This document shows, one piece after another, positions 52,469-64,000 of a DNA stretch of 64,000 nt. Each line of letters begins with the position of its first letter. Within the stretch, counting starts at the first letter, position 1. Made by a program: the position numbers and the translations under genes. Source of the stretch: Eledone cirrhosa (lineage: Eukaryota); contig OZ024743.1 in NCBI GenBank assembly GCA_964016885.1, positions 245,334,001 to 245,398,000 of the forward strand. The letters run 5' to 3'. Under the pieces are notes generated by a model. That model was not told the DNA's origin and made no database searches. It worked only from the letters and a program-made list of their open reading frames with translations.

Positions 52469-53048
52469 TCTATATATATAAAACTGAGGATGTCTGTCTG
52501 TGTGTGTGTGAGTTTGAATCCCTAAAACTAGAGAAGCACCCAACCGACTGTTTTCAAACTTTATACATGTAATACTTATGTTTCAGGGAGTGTTCTGAGC
52601 ATAAAAAAATTCAAATTTTCAATGCCCTAGGGACCGCATTAGGCAATTTAGTGATCTCTCTCTATACTTCTTAGTTTTTCCCTTTTTAGATAGATACATA
52701 CATATAACGTCGCGCCCTTATAATATCTGTCTGTATGTCTGGCTGTCTGCATTACGTCACTTCCTACAATTCGCTCTGCGTCCAGAACGCGCCCTTATAA
52801 TATCTGGCTGTCTGCTACTTCCGGTTATTCTGCCACCATTGCTCAAGACAAATCTCACACTCGTTCCCCAAACAGTTGGTAAGTGCACACAACTTCTTCC
52901 TCACGTTTTAAGCCACAGAGTTGCTTAGTTACGTACCACCAGACCCTTACTTCTTTGCCAGCCGTGGTTGTGGCAATACTAAACTTAGCTAAGGCGGTTA
53001 TATATTTCACAATACCTTATCCTGTGCAACGCCGGGTACCACTGTTAG
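52469..53048 (+). mobile_element. Non-autonomous Helitron-like element 2
   Basis: 5' TCTATATATATAAAA followed by (GTCT)n; 3' CCTGTGCAACGCCGGG hairpin then TTAG|T. The host sequence rejoins at an A|T site with no TSD. Confidence 0.72.
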
Positions 53049-53265
53049 TATTGTATAAAGCTATGTTTGAAGCGAAATCTTATTTCTTTTCTTATATATA
53101 TATATATAAGTTTATCCCCGGTTCAGCCGGGGATAACCACAGTAGGTAAGGTACTCAATACAAAGCAGAGTATAAATATTTAATATAGAAAGGCTTCTAC
53201 AGGACTAGAACTGTTTAATTCGGGAGAAATTATGAGGTTTCCTGCTGATTTCTCCCGGATGAAAG

Positions 53266-53378
<113 letters not shown>

Positions 53379-53519
53379 TGGTATTTCGTATTTCTGAAGA
53401 AATACGGTATGTTTATAAATAAACATTGAGAAAGCCGAAAGAGAGAGAGAAATTTGCCACAAGGAAAACAATAGAGAAATGCAATGCAAACAGTGCAGGT
53501 GCTGGTATACCTCATTTTC

Positions 53520-56009
<2,490 letters not shown>

Positions 56010-56015
56010 CGCGCG

Positions 56016-56053
<38 letters not shown>

Positions 56054-56825
56054 TATTATATATATACATGTATATACAGACACGCACACACATATATATA
56101 TATGTATATATACAACATAAACATCTCATCTATACACTATTGGATGGTCGTTGACTCTCCTGAGTTCCTCGGCCCTTTGACGAGTTATGTTTTTCATCTC
56201 GTAGAGTATCCAAAAATCACTCTCCTCCCCATGCAAAGTTGGTTGGGTTATCGGTTTTGTTGCCGACGACCCGACCATGTGACAAGTTGTATTGGGTTAC
56301 ATGTTACCAGTTGCGCTCGAAAATGATCTAACACATACATACACACATAAGGATTGCAACTCGATTTCGAGTAATGCTATCGCTTGATACTTAAGTATTA
56401 GCATCATGGACGTGGATTATTAGTCCTGCTAGGGACTTCACGATGACCAGCAATACCATGCATCGCAAAAAATGTCACATGTCAAGCGGTGCCTCTGCTT
56501 GAAGCCTTTTTAAGTGAGGAAAAGCTTTGCACGGAGCCAATCCCACACTCTGAACATCGAATGCATTTGCCCCAAAAGAAGAATTGGCCTACATCATTGA
56601 ATGCAAACGAAATTGCAGGTTTTATATCAGAGTGACTTTCTCCAAGACAGATGTCTTAATGAAAACTAGGAGTCTCTCGCTGCACAAACAACTTTATTGG
56701 ATGGCCGTTGACTTTCCTAAGTTCCTCCGCCCGGAGGAACATACATACATACATACATACATACATACATACATGATGATGATGGCTGCCCCCTCGTTAT
56801 CGAGTATGGCCATTGCACGAGGAGA

Positions 56826-57100
56826 AGAAAAAAAAGGAGAAATACAAAAGATAGTACTAATGGGAACTGCCCATATACTAAGGAAGATCCTGTCAATATA
56901 AGTACATCACAAGTCTAAACACTAAGGATGCATGTGTGAATATGTATGTTCTTTCTTGAACATGGCGGACCTTGTTGTCTCTTGAGGTCACTGGTTGTGA
57001 CTTGGTGATAACTCGTATGAACATAAAGCAAGATAAATGCAAATAATAATAATAATAATAATAATAACAACAATAATAATAACGACAACAACAATAATAA
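56826..57100 (+). mobile_element. 3' terminus of an R4/Dong-type retrotransposon with (TAA)n tail
   Basis: EIQKIVLMGTAHILRKILSI-stop, short 3' UTR, then (AAT)n. Confidence 0.75.
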
Positions 57101-57179
57101 TATACATATACATATATATATACACACACACGCACACACATAAGCATATCTATACACACACACACACACACGATAGCAA

Positions 57180-60100
57180 CTAACAGCGCTGCGATCGAAT
57201 GTGGCTTTTTAGCCCAGCCAATGATCTAAAATGTCTTGCACAGAGTCGGCAACCAAAACATTCACTAGGAATAGTCGGCTGTGGTTGGAGTTCGTGTACT
57301 TTTGCATGTCGCTTGAGCCCTCCTGCTGATTTACATTCTCTACCACATGTTTGGCAAGCATGATGAGTAGCATCTCCAACATCAGCCTGGTAGTCAACCA
57401 CTGGTCTTACTTTATGACTGCGAAGATGACTTTCGAGTCCAGCTTTGCTTAGGCAGAGTCTCGCACATACGCTGCATGTCAGCACCATAGGAGGACCCTC
57501 GCCGTATGGAAGTGCAACAGCAATGCCCTTTCTCACACCTCGCTTTACTTTCTCGTATGCGATTCGAGATGCCTCAAAGGCAACTTTTCACTCATATACA
57601 GTCTTTCTCCATTTATTACGATCAGCAGCAATATTTTCCCATGTATCAGCAGAGATGTTAGCGTCTTTCAGAGAGGCTTTCAAGGAATCCTTATACCTCT
57701 TTTTTGGTTTATGTGGCGGTCGTTTTCCTTTAACTAACTCTCCATAAAAGAGTTGTTTTGGTATTCTAGAATCCTTCATCCTGGCAAGGCGACCACTCCA
57801 ACGGAGTCGTTGCTTAAGCACAAGCGCTTCTATACTGTCACACATAGAGCTTTCCAAAATCTCGACATCACTGATGTGGTCCCTCCAGTGAACGCCATGG
57901 ATCCGTCTGAGACACATCTGATAGAAACGCTTCAATTGCTTAAGGTGGTGTCGATATGTGACCCAGGTCTCGCAGGCATAAAGAAGACAAGAGAGCACAC
58001 ATGCCCTGTACACCTTTACCTTTGTCCTCCTGCATATGTCTCGCCGATCCCAGAGTCGCCTTTCTAGCTTTCCGAAAGCATCACTTGCTTTCCTAATCCT
58101 AAGTGAGATTTCACTGTCAAGGTTGCTGTATCGATTGACAGTGCTTCCCAGGTAGACAAACTGATCAACCACTCCAAGTCGTTTGCCATACACATAGATG
58201 TTTGGTTCAGTGTACTGCTTACCAGGGGCAGGTTGGTACATGACGACGGTTTTCTTGAGACTGACAGTCAATCCTAGGGCAGTGCAAGCGTCAGAAAATG
58301 CATTCAAAATGTGCTGCATATCACTCTCTGTGTGCTCTACAAGATCGCAATCATCTGCCTACAAGAGGTCTCTTATGATTGATGTAAATACTTTTGTCTT
58401 CGTAGCAAAGCGCCTGATGTTAAATATGCTGCCCGAGGTTCGATATCGGATGTAAACACCATGCTCGCAATTCCTGAATGCAATACAGAAAACCATTGCA
58501 AAGTATATGGCAAACAGGGTCGGCGCTGGAATATCCCCCTGTTTCACTCCATTTGTTACTGAGATAGGCTCCGACATGTTACCTCCGACATTAACCCAAG
58601 CCTTCATGTCGTCATGGAAAGACCTAACTAAAGCAAGGAACTTATCAGGGCAACCAAGTTTCTGGAGAACCTTCCATAATGCATCTCTGTTAACAGTATC
58701 GAAAGCTTTTGTCAGATCGACAAAAACCTGATACAGATCCAAGCCTTGTTCCATGCACTTCTCCTGGAGCTGTCTAGCTGAGAAGATCATATCAGTAATG
58801 CCGCGTCCAGCACGAAAACCAGATTGACTTTCAGGAAGAACACAATCTGCAATGTGTGTCAGCAGACGGTCCAGAAGCACCCTACATAAAACTTTCCCTA
58901 CGACAGAAAGCAATGATATACCTCTGTAGTTCCCACAATCATTCCTGTTACCCTTTCCCTTGTACAAGACCACCATTACTGCATCTCTCCAGTCCTCAGG
59001 TACGGATTCATTATCCCATATCCTGCCAAACAAAGAGTGAAGATGTTGCAGGAGTCTCTCACCACCATATTATAGGAGCTCAGCATGTATGCCATCCATA
59101 CCTGGAGATCTTCCACTGTTCAGCTTCGAAATAGCCACTGCAACCCCCACAAGCGTCGGAGGTTCTGCGAGAGCTACTTTCACAGGACTTTCTGGAATGA
59201 GATTGAGGAAATCTTCACTGACGACAGACGGCTGATTCAAAAGATCATCAAAGCGCTCTCGCCACCTTCGTAGAATTCCTTGTGAGTCACGAAGAAGTTC
59301 TTTGCCATCCTTGCTGCGAAGCGGTCTCACCAGAGAAGAAGACGGTCCATAAACCTCACGCAAGAGACTGTACAACAGCTTTGTGTTATTGGAATCTGAC
59401 GCAGTTTGTATCTCACCAGCCTTCTCACTCCACCACTGATCCTTCATCTGAGAAAGACTCCGCCTAACACGTGATTTTACATCCCCGAGTTCCTCATGCA
59501 ACGTATTCCTCTCCTGTGGTTTTGCCGTCAAGTAGCGTGACAGAGCACGCCTCTTATCAGCCAACAAGTCTTCTATATGTACATCATTCTCATTAAACCA
59601 GTCCTGATGTTTTCTCTGCATCAATCCCAGAACACGCCTGCCTACATCATAAACCGCCTTTTTAAGGGTCGGCCAATCCTCACCAAGATCTGCAGCATGC
59701 ATCTCTTCTTCCAATGTCCTCTTCACATTTTTATCCTTAAGACGAGCAGCATTCAATCTTTTGGGCAGGGCAACACCAGGAGCCCGGATTTTACGTTTAG
59801 TAATTAGTTTCACTTTTGCGCGTACCAGGCGGTGATCCGTCCAGCACTCAGCTCCACGAAGAGCACGAACACACTGCACATCCTGTCTGTCACGCATCCT
59901 GACTAGGACGTAGTCCAAAAGATACCATTCCTTAGATGCAGGATGCATCCATGTGGTCTTGAATTTGTTCTTTTTTTGGAACATGGTGTTGGTAACACAC
60001 AGATCCAGCTCCTCACACATCTGCAGCAGGAGCATACCATTGTTGTTACACTTTCCCACCCCATGCCTTCCGATTACATTCCATGTGTTAAAATCCCTAC

Positions 60101-60725
60101 CCACTCTAGCATTAAAGTCACCAAGCACGATGACTTTGTCTGCCTGAGGGATATTTCTTAAAACACCTTTCAAGGCATGGTAAAAGGACACTTTTTCTTC
60201 ATCGACAGAATTCATAGTTGGAGCATACACACTCACTAGGGTAGCATATCTTCCTTTGTCCAGCGGAACTCTCATGGACATAAGACGCTCACTAATCCCT
60301 ACTGGGAATTCTTCTAATTTATTCACAAGTACAGTCTTAACAGCGAATCCTACCCCAGCCTCTCTTCTGGTTCCTTCATCTCTTCCTTTCCAGAAGAATG
60401 TATATTCTCCACAAAATTCTGTAAGATGACCATCTCCAGCTAACCTCGTCTCAGATAAAGCCACGATGTCAAGATCGTAACGTCGAAGCTCCTTTGCAAC
60501 AAGAGCGGTCCTTCGTTCAGGACGCTCCATGGAATCCCTGTCAAGCAGCGTCCGTACGTTCCAGCAGCCAAGACTAAATGCCTTGTTTGGCTCTATTACA
60601 ATGGCACGATGACGAGCGGGCCCAGGCTGTGATAACCTGGGGCCCCTGCCCTTATTGCCAATTATCTTTTTTGTTCCAGAACCTAAATTGCCAATTATCT
60701 CTTTTATATTGTTCTGGAACATCAT
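57180..60725 (-). pseudogene. Near-complete RTE-clade LINE ORF (APE endonuclease, RT, three C2H2 fingers), one frame broken by three in-frame stops
   Basis: WNVRTL, ALSETR, LGDFNARVG, LDYVLV, TDH (APE); NYRGISLL, FVDLTKAFDTV, GVKQG, (stop)ADD (RT). Stops at 59070-59072, 58359-58361 and 57588-57590, with no frameshift. Confidence 0.95.
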
Positions 60726-60733
60726 TGAATTTG

Positions 60734-60766
<33 letters not shown>

Positions 60767-60771
60767 TAATA

Positions 60772-60817
<46 letters not shown>

Positions 60818-60835
60818 ACTATTAATAATTATTAA

Positions 60836-61115
60836 TGCACTCGTGCAATGCCTGTGCGTGACGAATATTTTTCAAGTGAGGAAAGACTGCACTGAGCCAA
60901 TCCCACTCTCTGAGCGACAGTAGCTATAACCCGAAAAGAAGAAAAGATCAACATCATCGGTAACTACTGAGCCGCAGGTTTTATGTCGGAGTTAACCCAG
61001 TTTCCTGAGATGCCTTCTCCTAGAAGAATGCCCTGACAAGGGCTAGGGGTTCTTCACTCCCAGTGGTTTAACTGCGCGATCGGGCATCCAGCCCGATTAT
61101 TTCTATGTCCCCGCG
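60836..61115 (-). mobile_element. Probable 5' UTR of the RTE element, separated from the ORF by poly(A)/(AAT)n
   Basis: Homologous to 55650-55890 (upstream of the older RTE) and 56480-56730. Confidence 0.6.
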
Positions 61116-61265
61116 CAAAAAAAAACAAAAAAAAAACTCACTTATTGACACTTATACGTACGACATACACACACGCGCATACATATGCGCGCACACACAC
61201 GCATACATACGCACGCACACAGCAACACTCATACATACAAACAAACACACATACGCTACTCACTT

Positions 61266-61301
<36 letters not shown>

Positions 61302-61424
61302 TACCGTCATTACTGATACAAGATTACAAGATTACAAGATTATGTCAACTGTTGACTTTCAAGAGTTTGTATAGTTGAAGCCGATCGTATTACAGTCCAG
61401 TATTATTATAATTGCTTTACAGCA

Positions 61425-61568
61425 TAGAGTTATGGCTCTCCACGCTCTGAGCTTAAATCCTGCCGAGGTCAACTTTGCCTTTCATCCCCACGGAATCAAC
61501 AAAAGAGAGTACCAGTGATGCGCTGGGCCAGTCGCTGGATCCGTGCCAAAAGCAGAAAAATTATTATT
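61425..61568 (+). mobile_element. 5'-truncated SINE copy
   Basis: AAATCCTGCCGAGGTCAACTTTGCCTTTCATCC core and ATT tail. Confidence 0.75.
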
Positions 61569-61967
61569 AAAGTTGTTTTCTTAAGGCCCGGTCGCTGGTG
61601 ATGGTGATGGCGGCGGTAGTGGCGGTGGTGGTGGTGGTGGTGGTGGCAGTTGATGTTGTTGTTGTGTTGTGTGCGTGTGCGTGTGTGTTTTGTTATTTTG
61701 AGTTTTTTTTTATACATACATACATACAAAAATTTTGCATCTAATAACTGCATATACACATGTACAGATACAAAGCATATACACATGCACACATACAACT
61801 CAAAACATCCACATCCACACATACAATAACATCCATATCTACACATGCATGCATGCATACATATCTACCTAGTTGATGTGTAAATTCCAATGAGAGAGTC
61901 TTGTGTCTATGTTAGAAACCGACTCTCTATTGGTAAAACTTTGTGAAATTATTCATACATACATACA

Positions 61968-64000
61968 TCGTAAACGCGATCAGTCGCATATTTTGGCGTG
62001 GGAGACTATTTATTAAATTTAAGATGAATACTATCTCCGACAGTAATGCCACAACTGCAGTCATGTTGAACAACTGGTTATTCTTCTAACTATATCTTCT
62101 GAAGACACCTTTTATTCGAATTCGTAGAGATATCCGACTAAATACATAATTCATTTTATAAGGATTTGCTACAAACTCATGGCTGAACACAACATCAATA
62201 ACAAAATTAAGGAAGTACCGAAGACAAATAACAAGGAAGGTAAACAGACTTTGTTCAGTTGTAGCTACAGAAGAAACCGAAATTATAAATCGCATTTCTC
62301 TTGGAGTTGCGAACTTAATAATGATTTATTTAATTATTATAAAATGGCAATAAACAACCCCTCCATTGGCTATATGAACAGAATGAAGCTACACAGGGAC
62401 GAAATACACCCAGAGCTAAATTATTTCACAGCGAAACAATTACGCCAACAAGCGACGTTTGTTGAACGTAAAAATAAGATAAATATTATTAATTGTAAGT
62501 CCCCCACAACAAACATGGAATCAACAACACGTGCTACAGATCGCCATGCTACTAGACTTCCTAGAAGCCAGGTCGAACAGCTCCTTGAAACAACTATGCC
62601 TGTAAGAAACTTGACACCACCTGTACCATCTAAGTCTACCTCGACTGCTGGGGAAAACACTATCGATAATAATAATAATCGAAGAAATAATAATAATAAT
62701 CGAAGAAATTTGACACCACGTGTACCATCCGAGTTTACCTCGACTGTTGTGGAAAATGCTATCGATAATGATAATAATCAAAAGTATAAACAATTGAAAT
62801 TTTCCCTCAACGAAATCTTTCAGAGAGAAATTAATTCATGTATAAATATCTCTCTTGCTGAACGTATTAAAACGACAATGTTTAATAAAAAACTAAATAA
62901 TGAAATATTACGTGTTATTGACGAAATAAGGGATGAATATTTACGACGGATAAAAACCACAACATTTTGGCAAATCAACGCCTGTTTATATGCCTTAGCA
63001 ACGACAGTGAAGCATTATTTTGGTGATAGCAGAGATATTAACAAGAACAGAACACCACCAAATATACCATCATATATAACTAAAATAGAAAAAAAGATTG
63101 CTGTCCTACGAAAAAACATAGGATATGTGACAATGCTCCTTACATGCAAACAAACACAAAAAACCCTCACTCCTCACCAACAAAGAGTGAAAAATAAAAT
63201 AGAGACGATGTTTGGTAACAGTAGAACCGGAACTCTCCAATATAAGCTGATCATCCTCAAACAAGAATTGAGAGCTGTTAGCGAAAAACGCCGATACCTG
63301 AAGAAGGTAGATGAGAGAAAAGTGATTAATAAAAGATTCAGACGAAACCAAACATCAGTCTATAGAGATATGAAGGGCAAAATAATAAGTGTCACTGAGG
63401 CCCCATCCCAGAAAGACAGATTCCTTTTGGAGCAAAATATGGGGTGAAAAGAAGAATTTCAACAAAGATGCAGTGTGACTAAGAGAAATCTGAAAGAACT
63501 ATTGCTCCTACACTACAACAAAAACATTAGAAATAAGTGAGGGTACCCTTGAGACTGTGATAGGAAAACTCCAAGATAAGAAAACACCAGGAAGAGACAT
63601 GATTGTCGGCTACTGGTACAAAAAACTGATATTCTATCGGAGGTATCTTACTGACCTCTACCAACAAGTTCTTAAGGGAGATACACTTATACCAGAATGG
63701 TTGACATTAGCACAAACATTACTGGTCCCCAAGAACAAAGACACCCACTTGGCAAAAAACTACCGAGCCATTGCATGCCAGAACCTGATGTATAAGATGT
63801 ATACAGCCTGCTTGAACCTATTCCTCTAAGATCACTGTGGAAATAACATCATCACAGATGAACAAGCAGCTGGAAAGAAAGGGGTTTTGGGATGTGCTGA
63901 ACAACCCCTAATCAACAAAACTGCGATGTCGGAGGTGCGACAACTTAGGAGGAATATGGCTACAGTCTGGCTGGACTACAGGAAAGCTTTCGATTCTGCT
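61968..64000 (+). mobile_element. 5' half of an R4/Dong-clade non-LTR retrotransposon (ORF 62179-63447, then frameshifted and stopped RT start), running off the window
   Basis: N-terminal W..E.N..L..YY...GYM.RM...E..P....KQL..Q motif, then PGRD.I.GYWYKKL, PEWLT..T.LVPK, NYRAIACQNLMYK and WLDYRKAFDS. Confidence 0.85.

Noticed and set aside
57588-59072. Rescue of the three RTE stops by A-to-I editing or readthrough
   Set aside because: Editing would give Trp at all three, including WADD in the catalytic motif; ordinary nonsense mutation is simpler.
60836-61115. HDV-like ribozyme in the RTE 5' UTR
   Set aside because: A TCCTCAC motif is present, but I could not build the nested double pseudoknot by eye; a descriptor search is needed.

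Overview
Animal genomic DNA: AT-rich, dense in microsatellites and transposable elements. The SINE/LINE repertoire points to an octopod cephalopod; this is inferred from repeat families, not verified. The only host gene I can support is a spliced ATXN7L3/SGF11 orthologue (SAGA deubiquitinase-module subunit) on the minus strand. Nine coding exons from 48019 down to 3358 join in frame at GT-AG junctions. They include 17-nt and 26-nt microexons and a first intron of about 30 kb; the 3' end probably lies left of the window. The rest is mobile DNA: tRNA-derived SINEs, CR1-, RTE-, CRE- and R4/Dong-type LINEs (one near-complete RTE with three C-terminal C2H2 fingers), Tc1/mariner, hAT and piggyBac-type MITEs, two tandem Helitron-like elements, minisatellites, and a 200-N gap. 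The most notable signal is a non-coding ~323-bp unit about 2.7 kb upstream of the gene start. It is arranged in tandem and inverted copies and carries core-intact type I hammerhead ribozymes plus a CTCF-like motif (retrozyme/Penelope-LTR-like). Several further unrelated, decayed hammerhead-bearing palindromic elements are scattered through the window. All calls were made by eye without database searches.
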